Positions 1 to 6,021 of a stretch of DNA of 6,620 nt are shown in pieces; within the stretch, counting starts at the first letter, position 1, and each line of letters opens with the position of its first letter. The stretch covers positions 1 through 6,620 of IMG/VR virus record IMGVR_UViG_3300005859_000085; one strand, 5' to 3'. The notes below the pieces were generated by a model. The model was not told the origin of the DNA. It saw only the letters and a list, made by a program, of their open reading frames with translations, and made no database searches. The translations under genes were made by a program, and so were the position numbers.

Positions 1-253
1 ACGAAGCTAAACGATGTCTTACAAGTTGATGAGACGTTACTCTTGAAATTCCTTCAATTGAAAAAGTGTATATACTGTGTTCTAGTACAGACCAATACCC
101 ATGAATTATAGCATCTCTTATCCACAATTCTATTTCATCATCTGTCATTTTCTCTTTATGATATTCCCATCCTTTTCTTGACCTAGACATTTTAGAGGCA
201 ATTGCAATAATTCTTTCTCCGTCTGGAGTATAAGAAACTAAAGTTACTTTCAT
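1..253 (-). CDS. thyX: Flavin-dependent thymidylate synthase ThyX (5' part; runs off the window start)
   Basis: Manual translation from ATG at 253: [84 protein letters not shown]. It has the ThyX signatures [29 protein letters not shown] Shine-Dalgarno lies at 259-263. Not in the ORF track because it is truncated. Confidence 0.95.
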   Translation of the reverse strand, partial: MKVTLVSYTPDGERIIAIASKMSRSRKGWEYHKEKMTDDEIELWIRDAIIHGYWSVLEHSIYTFSIEGISRVTSHQLVRHRLAS

Positions 254-265
254 TTTTTTCACCTT

Positions 266-469
266 TTACCTTCTTAATTTTGGCCCTTTCTCTACTTTAA
301 TTTGTAGATTTTCCTCAACTTTTTGTTCTTCTTTAAAGAGTTTGTTTAATGCAAGTCTTATTACTTGAGCTTTTGACATTTTATGTCTTATAGCGTAAGC
401 TTCTAGTTGTTCATACATGTCTTCATCTACTTTAAACGTTACAACAATATTATAAACTTTTGCACACAT
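266..469 (-). CDS. Ribbon-helix-helix (CopG-like) DNA-binding protein
   Basis: VVTFKVDEDMYEQLEAYAIRHKMSKAQVIRLAL is a typical RHH pattern (alternating beta strand, helix, S+..+IR.A+ helix). GAGGTG SD just upstream, and the ATG directly abuts the upstream stop. Confidence 0.88.
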   Translation of the reverse strand: MCAKVYNIVVTFKVDEDMYEQLEAYAIRHKMSKAQVIRLALNKLFKEEQKVEENLQIKVEKGPKLRR

Positions 470-748
470 TTAAATTAACACCTCGACTTTCTTTACAATT
501 ACTATTTTTCCTATAGTTATGGAGACTGTATAATCTTCTTCATTTTTTAGTTTATTTATTCTAATTTCAAAATAAAAGTTTCTATTTCTAATTTCTAGAT
601 ATCCTTTAATAATGTTATCTTTTTTTGTATAAAATAATATTTCAAATTTTTCTAAAAAATTTACAGTTTTGTATAATAAAATTTCTATATCTTCTTTCTT
701 CATTTCTTCGATTTTATTTATTATTTCTTGAAATGGGTTTTCAGTCAT
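470..748 (-). CDS. Hypothetical viral protein (92 aa), first gene of a probable ORF92-RHH-thyX operon
   Basis: Intact ORF with a TATA+TGTCATAA promoter at 771-786 and GGGGA upstream. No recognisable motif. Confidence 0.75.
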   Translation of the reverse strand: MTENPFQEIINKIEEMKKEDIEILLYKTVNFLEKFEILFYTKKDNIIKGYLEIRNRNFYFEIRINKLKNEEDYTVSITIGKIVIVKKVEVLI

Positions 749-770
749 ATTTCCCCATATAATTATTGTA

Positions 771-786
771 TTATGACAAATAAAAA
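771..786 (-). promoter_or_regulatory. Rudiviral TATA + GTC promoter of ORF92
   Basis: Minus strand reads TTTTTATTTGTCATAA about 30 nt upstream of the ATG at 748. TATA followed by GTC is the described SIRV promoter element. Confidence 0.75.
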
Positions 787-822
787 GGCTTTTAAATTTA
801 CATCTTGTTAGATTAACAATAC

Positions 823-844
823 ATATTCAAAATATTTTGAATAT
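823..844. repeat. Perfect 22-bp palindrome ATATTCAAAATATTTTGAATAT
   Basis: The sequence is its own reverse complement. It lies at the end of cas4 and upstream of the ORF92 promoter. Confidence 0.85.
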
Positions 845-1485
845 TACTTTTTCTCAATTGTTTGTAAATAGTCTAAAACAGAACCAGAACATTTAGCTTT
901 AAATTCGCAATTTTTACAAAGATAATTATTAGCTCCTGGGATATTTTTATAGTCTGTCAATTTCAAATATTCCTTAAATTTCTTAATCCAATCTATAGCT
1001 TTTTGTATATAATCTTCTAATACATTCTTTTCAATTTGAAATTGTTTAACTTCCCTATTTATTCTATTTAAATATATAATATAGACATTATCAATTTTAT
1101 AATTTTGTAATTTTAATAAATAGTAATATATTGCAATTTGGTATAGATGATATTCTTTAATGTTAAAGTAATTATTTGAGATTGTTTTAATTTCAAGTAA
1201 ATCATTTCCACAAATCAAATCTATTCTGCCAGAAATTTTTAGACCTTCTATTTCTCCTTTTACTTCTATTTCAGTTTGGCATCCTAACTTTTCAGTGAAA
1301 TAGTTCTCTATTCTTAAATGATGTTGTTCACCAAGCTCCAAAGTAAGTTCATTTATTCCTTTTTCAAATTCAAATTTCCTAGAGAAATATGATTTTCTGA
1401 AACATATTCCAACTTCAGATGGAAATATTGTATCTTCTGGATATTTTATCTTAAAACTTTGTTTAACTAAATCTTCATAATTCAT
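844..1485 (-). CDS. cas4: Cas4-like / RecB-family ssDNA nuclease (SIRV2 gp19/ORF207-like)
   Basis: N-terminal Cys ([10 protein letters not shown]), G..H helix, GRIDL...EIKT PD-(D/E)xK motifs, QxxxY (QIAIY) and C-terminal CxxCxxxxxC ([10 protein letters not shown]) Fe-S ligands. A GGTGA SD lies within the end of the upstream ATPase gene. Confidence 0.93.
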   Translation of the reverse strand: MNYEDLVKQSFKIKYPEDTIFPSEVGICFRKSYFSRKFEFEKGINELTLELGEQHHLRIENYFTEKLGCQTEIEVKGEIEGLKISGRIDLICGNDLLEIKTISNNYFNIKEYHLYQIAIYYYLLKLQNYKIDNVYIIYLNRINREVKQFQIEKNVLEDYIQKAIDWIKKFKEYLKLTDYKNIPGANNYLCKNCEFKAKCSGSVLDYLQTIEKK

Positions 1486-1487
1486 TT

Positions 1488-2795
1488 CTATTCACCTAAA
1501 TTCGAAAATCTCATAAAACTGATAATTTGATTACAAATTTCTTCATTTGTTCTCTGTCCAAATTGCAAATCTATGTCAAGAGCTTGTAATAGAATTTGTA
1601 TGTCAATAGCTTGTTCTTGTCTTCTAGATTCGAGATTATCACAAATTACATAATTGTTTATACTGTTTATCTTTTGTTGTATTAAATCTACTAATGCTTT
1701 TAAAATTGATGGATATAGAACTCTGGAATTGATAATTTTTTCATAAGTCTTTTTAATTGCTAATTGTATGATATGTATTCTATCTAAAATTGCTGAAGTA
1801 AATATTTGATAATTTACAAGATAATCTTCTACATCTGGGGTTCTAAGTCTGTTTAGAGTCATAGAGTAAGGATTTCCAGCATAAATAATTGGAATACACT
1901 TTTGTATCGTTGAAGATTTTGATTCTGTGCCAGCTCCACGAGTCCAGACACAATTTTCCAAACCAGTCGAAAGTGTGGCATTTATAGCTCCTAGTTCTTT
2001 GATACTGTATCCATCTTTCCAATTCTGTATCTCATCGAAAATTAGACCATTTGACAAAAACACTGCACCATACATATTATTCCTAGCATCATAAACTAGA
2101 TTTGCATATGTTGGAGTTTCTGTATAATAACGGAAGTTAAACACTTCTTGTAATATCATAAATGTTGTAGTTTTACCGGTTCCACGATTAGATATTTCTA
2201 TATAATTTATCTGACGTTTGGTAATTGGAGATTTAAATAATGGGAATAATCTAGGAAGATACAGAAAGATATCTTGAATTTCCATTTTTGTTGGGTCATA
2301 ACCAAAAGCCTGGAGTAAGAGGGCATAAGTTTGATGTTCCTGATTTGCTAAGTCAAAAAGTTCTTTAGCAATTTCATAATTATTCGGCGGTTCTATAGAA
2401 TAAATATCGTCAATATACCAGCCATTAGCACCTTTTCTTATCTTTACAAACATAAAACTAGTTATTAAGTTATAGAAATCGTCTGGATTATCTGCTATAT
2501 AATGCGGGTCAAAACTTGCTGTAAATCCATTCTGAAATCTAGCAATTATTTTGTCATTTTTTACTTTAAAATTTGTTATTTTAGAGATAAATTTTACTTC
2601 GTCGTAATATGGCAAAGTTGCTGAAAAATATTGTTGGTCTATCCCTCTTCTATAAGCCTTCAAAATTTCATTTTTCTTCTTTTCATCTATTTGTTTTTCT
2701 GACAAGATAATATTTAAAACACGTTCTGTATCTCTTGGATTATAAAAAAAAGAATGTTGTTTGGCTTTTTCCAGGAATTGAAAGTTACTAGACAT
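1488..2795 (-). CDS. AAA+ ATPase, Lon/BrxL/MCM-like (SIRV2 gp18/ORF436-like, reported ssDNA-annealing ATPase)
   Basis: Walker [10 protein letters not shown], Walker B LIFDEIQ, sensor-1-like YAGN, arginine-finger-like AILDR. Length (435 aa) and position between SSB and Cas4 match the rudiviral cluster. Confidence 0.9.
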   Translation of the reverse strand: MSSNFQFLEKAKQHSFFYNPRDTERVLNIILSEKQIDEKKKNEILKAYRRGIDQQYFSATLPYYDEVKFISKITNFKVKNDKIIARFQNGFTASFDPHYIADNPDDFYNLITSFMFVKIRKGANGWYIDDIYSIEPPNNYEIAKELFDLANQEHQTYALLLQAFGYDPTKMEIQDIFLYLPRLFPLFKSPITKRQINYIEISNRGTGKTTTFMILQEVFNFRYYTETPTYANLVYDARNNMYGAVFLSNGLIFDEIQNWKDGYSIKELGAINATLSTGLENCVWTRGAGTESKSSTIQKCIPIIYAGNPYSMTLNRLRTPDVEDYLVNYQIFTSAILDRIHIIQLAIKKTYEKIINSRVLYPSILKALVDLIQQKINSINNYVICDNLESRRQEQAIDIQILLQALDIDLQFGQRTNEEICNQIISFMRFSNLGE

Positions 2796-2810
2796 AAAAA
2801 AAATGATACT

Positions 2811-2826
2811 TTATGACATTTTAAAA
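2811..2826 (-). promoter_or_regulatory. Internal TATA + GTC promoter for the ATPase (probably leaderless)
   Basis: Minus strand TTTAAAATGTCATAA overlaps the SSB stop codon. TGTC begins 23 nt upstream of the ATG at 2795. Confidence 0.65.
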
Positions 2827-3234
2827 CTCATCTTCAACGTTCTTTTTTTGTCCTTTCTTTTGTTGTTTTTCTTGTTTTTGTTCTGTTTCATTTTCTTCTT
2901 CTATATTTTCAAGTTCTAATTCTTCCTCTTTTACTGAATTACCATTTCTTGGACTGAATTTCACATATTCATTTAGAAGGTCTTTGTATTTGTTTAGAAA
3001 TTCCGAAATTAATCTGAAATCTTCAGCATCATTTGCTGTTATTCCTATCTGTTTTCTGTAATTAGCTTGACTATGAATAGTCATCGAATATCTCACTTTT
3101 CCATTTTCTGGTATTGCATTTAATTGTACAACTATCCTTTTTATACCTTTTATCTTTAAAACTCTGCTAACTATCTTATTCTGTTCTTTAGCTTGTTTAC
3201 CAAGTTCATCTATTATTTCTTTAAGGGAAGCCAT
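2821..3234 (-). CDS. Rudiviral single-stranded DNA-binding protein (SIRV2 gp17/ORF131-like)
   Basis: MASLKEIIDELGKQAKEQNK..SR.LKIKGIKRIVVQLNA N-terminus recognised as the ORF131 family. Charged, low-complexity C-terminal tail ending in acidic EDEF, as in SSBs. Synteny with ATPase and Cas4. Confidence 0.85.
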   Translation of the reverse strand: MASLKEIIDELGKQAKEQNKIVSRVLKIKGIKRIVVQLNAIPENGKVRYSMTIHSQANYRKQIGITANDAEDFRLISEFLNKYKDLLNEYVKFSPRNGNSVKEEELELENIEEENETEQKQEKQQKKGQKKNVEDEF

Positions 3235-3260
3235 CTATTTCCCCTAATTAGTATATTAAA

Positions 3261-3277
3261 TTATGACAAATATAAAT
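3261..3277 (-). promoter_or_regulatory. TATA + GTC promoter of the SSB-ATPase-Cas4 cluster
   Basis: Minus strand ATTTATATTTGTCATAA, followed by an AGGGGA SD-like element at 3240-3245. Confidence 0.75.
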
Positions 3278-3394
3278 ATTAACAAACTTATAAGTTAGCA
3301 TATTTTTCAATATTTTTATTATAAATACAAAAAGCAATATACATTATATTTTGAATATGGGGTTTAAGAGTTAAGAAACAAAATAAAAAAATAT

Positions 3395-3667
3395 TTAAAT
3401 TAACTTAAAGAACAAAGACCTTACAAGTCTCGATATTTTTGTATTGTATTTTTTTGCTAATTGTTCTAGTTTATTGTAATATAATTGGTCTACTGTAAAG
3501 AATACTTTCCCGTCGTAAACATCAGGTCTTTCTATTAATCTAAACTCTTCTTGTTGGTTTAATAATTTATCTATTTCTTGTTTAATTAATTCCCTTTTCT
3601 CGTAAAAAATAGATTGATATTTATGTGGAATTCGAACTTCAACATATTTGTTTCTTTGTCTTCTCAT
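3395..3667 (-). CDS. Putative DNA-binding protein with a C-terminal RHH and possibly a second N-terminal RHH-like unit
   Basis: KVFFTVDQLYYNKLEQLAKKYNTKISRLVRSLF is RHH-like, and N-terminal KYVEVRIPHKY resembles a second ribbon. AGGAG SD upstream. Confidence 0.7.
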   Translation of the reverse strand: MRRQRNKYVEVRIPHKYQSIFYEKRELIKQEIDKLLNQQEEFRLIERPDVYDGKVFFTVDQLYYNKLEQLAKKYNTKISRLVRSLFFKLI

Positions 3668-3699
3668 ATTTTTTTATTCTCCTATTCTCAATTTAAACG

Positions 3700-3721
3700 T
3701 GACATTAACATTTAAATGTCA
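3700..3721. promoter_or_regulatory. rep promoter (TTTAAA-TGTC) embedded in the inverted repeat TGACATT-N8-AATGTCA
   Basis: TTTAAATGTC at 3711-3720, with TGTC beginning 22 nt upstream of the rep ATG. Perfect palindrome ACATTTAAATGT at 3708-3719. Outer arms at 3700-3706 and 3715-3721. Confidence 0.65.
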
Positions 3722-3738
3722 GATATTCATTTTGTTAC

Positions 3739-4086
3739 ATGGATTGTAAAAAAGTTTTTAATTATCACTTTCTTTACTCTTATACTTATTTTATTACAAT
3801 TTCTACGAATTATCGATACGGAGATACAACAAAAATCTATAAGAAATTTCGACAATATGTTTATAATCATGATTCAAATTCTCATGTTTTTTCTGTGAAA
3901 GAATATACAACAAAATTCCATGGACTACATTATCATGTTCTTGTCTTTACGAATAAACGTTTAGATTATTCTAGAGTACATAAACGTATGCCAAAACATT
4001 CCGACATTCGGATAGAATTAGTTCCAAAAACAAAAAGTGATATAAAAAAAGTATTAACTTATATGCTTAAAAGTCAAGTTTTCTAG
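3739..4086 (+). CDS. rep: HUH-superfamily Rep nicking endonuclease (SIRV1 ORF119 / SIRV2 gp16-like)
   Basis: Motif I YFITIST, motif II GLHYHVLVF (HUH), motif III YMLK (catalytic Tyr). Size 115 aa. Confidence 0.92.
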   Translation: MDCKKVFNYHFLYSYTYFITISTNYRYGDTTKIYKKFRQYVYNHDSNSHVFSVKEYTTKFHGLHYHVLVFTNKRLDYSRVHKRMPKHSDIRIELVPKTKSDIKKVLTYMLKSQVF

Positions 4087-4087
4087 A

Positions 4088-4384
4088 TTATTTGGTTTGT
4101 TGATTTTGGGAATTCTGATTTTGTATAACTTTCTTTTGTGCTAGATTATTTACATCTGAAAGTGTATCCATGTTTAGGAGTGCATTTACTCCAAGAGTTG
4201 TAGTATCTTTTATACTTTCAATTGCTGTAATTGTAGATTTTGACATTTCATTTACAGCGTTTTGAAAAGTCTCATTATTTTGTTTCTGATTGTATAAATT
4301 TATTACTTCTCCAACAATATATGACGCTATTAGAACACCCATTAACGTTAAAAATCCTTCTTCTACATATGGCAGGATATGCAT
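4088..4384 (-). CDS. Virus-associated pyramid protein PVAP (SIRV2 P98 / STIV C92-like) for virion egress
   Basis: N-terminal TM segment (GFLTLMGVLIASYIVGEVINLY) followed by MSKSTITAIESIKDTT.G.NALLNMDTL.DVN.LA, which closely matches the P98 sequence as recalled. Length 98 aa. Confidence 0.92.
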   Translation of the reverse strand: MHILPYVEEGFLTLMGVLIASYIVGEVINLYNQKQNNETFQNAVNEMSKSTITAIESIKDTTTLGVNALLNMDTLSDVNNLAQKKVIQNQNSQNQQTK

Positions 4385-4442
4385 ACTAATTCTATATTAA
4401 ACAAATTGTTTTGTAATAAATTTTTCGCAAAAAATCGAAACC

Positions 4443-4458
4443 TATAAATATGTCATAA
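4443..4458 (+). promoter_or_regulatory. TATA + GTC promoter of the svtR-RHH operon
   Basis: TATAAATATGTCATAA, with a purine-rich BRE-like CGAAA upstream. Confidence 0.75.
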
Positions 4459-4482
4459 TATATTTTTAGAAAATGATGGAAA

Positions 4483-4656
4483 ATGGCGGAAAAAGTAAAA
4501 TCTGAACAAAAATCAGAGAAGGTAGTTTTTGGAATAAATATAGATAAAAATCTCAAGATAAAATTGAAGAAATATTGTGCTGAACAAGATATAACAATTA
4601 CAGAAGCTATAGAACAAGCTGTTAAAGAATATTTGGAGAAGAGAGGAATGAAATGA
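4483..4656 (+). CDS. svtR: RHH transcription regulator, SvtR (SIRV1 ORF56b)-like, 57 aa
   Basis: Manual translation MAEKVKSEQKSEKVVFGINIDKNLKIKLKKYCAEQDITITEAIEQAVKEYLEKRGMK. The VFGI..DK.LK..LK.YCA......T.AIE.A.KEYL pattern matches SvtR as recalled. Absent from the ORF track, probably because of its length. Confidence 0.88.
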   Translation: MAEKVKSEQKSEKVVFGINIDKNLKIKLKKYCAEQDITITEAIEQAVKEYLEKRGMK

Positions 4657-4829
4657 GAGTAATAACAGTAAGACTTGAAGAAGATTTACTTAATAAGTTA
4701 GATAATTATGCCATGAATTATGGACTTCATAGGTCAGAAGTTGTTAGAAATGCAATTACAGAATATTTAGAAAAACATGTAAAAGATAATGGAAATAAAG
4801 AAGTCAAAGTAGAAACAATATCACAATAA
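4653..4829 (+). CDS. RHH/CopG DNA-binding protein, 58 aa (SIRV ORF59b-like)
   Basis: MRVITVRLEEDLLNKLDNYAMNYGLHRSEVVRNAITEYLEKHVKDNGNKEVKVETISQ is a canonical RHH. ATGA overlap with the svtR stop suggests translational coupling. Absent from the ORF track. Confidence 0.88.
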   Translation: MRVITVRLEEDLLNKLDNYAMNYGLHRSEVVRNAITEYLEKHVKDNGNKEVKVETISQ

Positions 4830-4866
4830 TAAAAAAATATTTTTTAAGTTATTAACTTTTTTTCTT
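4830..4866. terminator. Probable bidirectional oligo-T terminator region between the convergent RHH and dcd genes
   Basis: A7 run (T-run on minus) and T6/T7 runs on plus in a 37-nt gap between convergent stops. Archaeal terminators are oligo-T tracts. Confidence 0.45.
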
Positions 4867-5433
4867 TTAACTTCTATACATACTTCTTACATTTTTTTCT
4901 TCCTGGTTTTCTTTTTCTATTTGGAATTTTGGTAATGTAACATTTCTCTGGTATTGATATTTCCCATGATATGGTTTTTCAACTGGAGATAATGTTTTAG
5001 CGAAAATTAAATGTAGAAATCTTTCTCCAACTTCTAATTTTACTGGGAATTCTGAGCCTACAATTTCTATTGTTAATTCACCTTCAAAACCAGCATCTAC
5101 AATAGTTGGAGGTATAGAAATTCCCAACCTAGCATATGTAGAACGTAGATTTACAAAAGCCATAATATCATTTGGAAGTTCTATATGTTCAAGTGTGGTC
5201 ATTAGTAAATGTTCATGGGGCTGGACTATAATTTCGTTAGAATTTATAATTTCATAAAAATCTTCTATATTATCACCTGGTTCAAAAACTTTGTTAGTCT
5301 TTTTTAGTCTGGCAAATTGATTGCCAATTCTTAGGTCTATTCCATTTTCTCTAATTATTTCTTCCGAATATGGTATTATCTTTATCCATTTTTTTTCTAA
5401 ATAATATTTTAAATCACGGTCACTTAAAATCAT
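4867..5433 (-). CDS. dcd: dCTP deaminase / dUTPase (trimeric dUTPase superfamily)
   Basis: [39 protein letters not shown] and PYHGKYQYQ motifs of the Sulfolobales Dcd and SIRV dUTPase family. Confidence 0.93.
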   Translation of the reverse strand: MILSDRDLKYYLEKKWIKIIPYSEEIIRENGIDLRIGNQFARLKKTNKVFEPGDNIEDFYEIINSNEIIVQPHEHLLMTTLEHIELPNDIMAFVNLRSTYARLGISIPPTIVDAGFEGELTIEIVGSEFPVKLEVGERFLHLIFAKTLSPVEKPYHGKYQYQRNVTLPKFQIEKENQEEKNVRSMYRS

Positions 5434-5458
5434 ATTTGTTCAAGTTTCAAAATGCCAA

Positions 5459-5475
5459 TATGACAAATATATTTT
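5459..5475 (-). promoter_or_regulatory. TATA + GTC promoter of dcd
   Basis: Minus strand AAAATATATTTGTCATA, with TGTC beginning 32 nt upstream of the ATG at 5433. Confidence 0.7.
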
Positions 5476-5485
5476 CAATTATTAC

Positions 5486-5716
5486 CTATTTCTTCATTTC
5501 TGGAATTTTATCACACATATCATCTTCGAAGAATTCTATATATTCGTCATCTATAGTTCCTAACGGGTCAAAATATTCTACTCTATAACATTTATTACCA
5601 CAACGGACATAACAACACCAGTCTATACAATACATATTATCAAAATCACATTCATCTTTAATACATGTTCTACATTCGTCTTCAATTTTTTTGTTTAAAT
5701 TATCTTGTTTTTCCAT
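5486..5716 (-). CDS. Small cysteine-rich acidic protein (76 aa; start re-called to 5716)
   Basis: MEKQDNLNKKIEDECRTCIKDECDFDNMYCIDWCCYVRCGNKCYRVEYFDPLGTIDDEYIEFFEDDMCDKIPEMKK contains 9 Cys. A promoter motif at 5735-5747 lies inside the track's longer N-terminus, which favours Met at 5716. Confidence 0.7.
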   Translation of the reverse strand: MEKQDNLNKKIEDECRTCIKDECDFDNMYCIDWCCYVRCGNKCYRVEYFDPLGTIDDEYIEFFEDDMCDKIPEMKK

Positions 5717-5734
5717 AATTGTTATTTTAAAAAA

Positions 5735-5747
5735 TATGACAAATTTA
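5735..5747 (-). promoter_or_regulatory. TATA + GTC promoter of the Cys-rich ORF
   Basis: Minus strand TAAATTTGTCATA, with TGTC beginning 25 nt upstream of the ATG at 5716. Confidence 0.65.
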
Positions 5748-5754
5748 TGTCTAT

Positions 5755-5997
5755 TCATTTTGTTTTTTTCATTTTTTTAATTTCTTCTTTTAACTCATCA
5801 ATTTCATCATAAATTTCAGCAAAAATATCAAAAATTTCCACTAACAAAAATGCAAAAATTCCAGATGCAAATATTACGGCTATTATAATTTGTATTAAAC
5901 TCTTTGTTAGAATTCCTGCCGTTAATGTTCCTAATGATAAAAATATAAAAAATAGAAAAATTAAGAAAACTATTATTTCTCTACATGTTTTATCCAT
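5755..5997 (-). CDS. Small membrane protein, two predicted TM helices plus a charged coiled-coil tail
   Basis: Hydrophobic stretches IIVFLIFLFFIFLSLGTLTAGIL and LIQIIIAVIFASGIFAFLLV, then EIYDEIDELKEEIKKMKK. It has its own promoter at 6022-6038. Confidence 0.75.
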   Translation of the reverse strand: MDKTCREIIVFLIFLFFIFLSLGTLTAGILTKSLIQIIIAVIFASGIFAFLLVEIFDIFAEIYDEIDELKEEIKKMKKTK

Positions 5998-6021
5998 ATT
6001 TTATCATTTTTATTTTTCATT

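Noticed and set aside
844-1485. CRISPR-Cas locus suggested by cas4
   Set aside because: No repeats/spacers or other cas genes are present. This is the solo viral Cas4-like nuclease.
1488-2795. BREX system or Lon protease
   Set aside because: Only an AAA+ domain is present, with no protease domain and no other brx genes. It matches the rudiviral core ATPase.
3716-3898. 60-aa plus-strand ORF in the track
   Set aside because: It is out of frame over rep, its ATG lies inside the promoter (TTTAAATGTC), and its hydrophobic composition is typical of an AT-rich shadow frame.
3739-4086. IS200/IS605 TnpA transposase or plasmid insertion
   Set aside because: The HUH motifs fit the rudiviral Rep. There is no tnpB and no IS-end hairpins, and the gene has a viral-type promoter.
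4832-4858. Short palindromes AAAAAATATTTTTT and AAGTTA-T-TAACTT
   Set aside because: Nearly all A/T and adequately explained by back-to-back oligo-T terminators.
5370-5588. 72-aa plus-strand ORF in the track
   Set aside because: Antisense to dcd, its promoter and the Cys-rich gene, with no supporting signals.
5717-5758. N-terminal 14 aa of the track's 90-aa ORF
   Set aside because: The segment contains the TATA+TGTCATA promoter motif, so Met at 5716 is the better start. Coupling via the ATGA-like overlap at 5755-5758 cannot be fully excluded.
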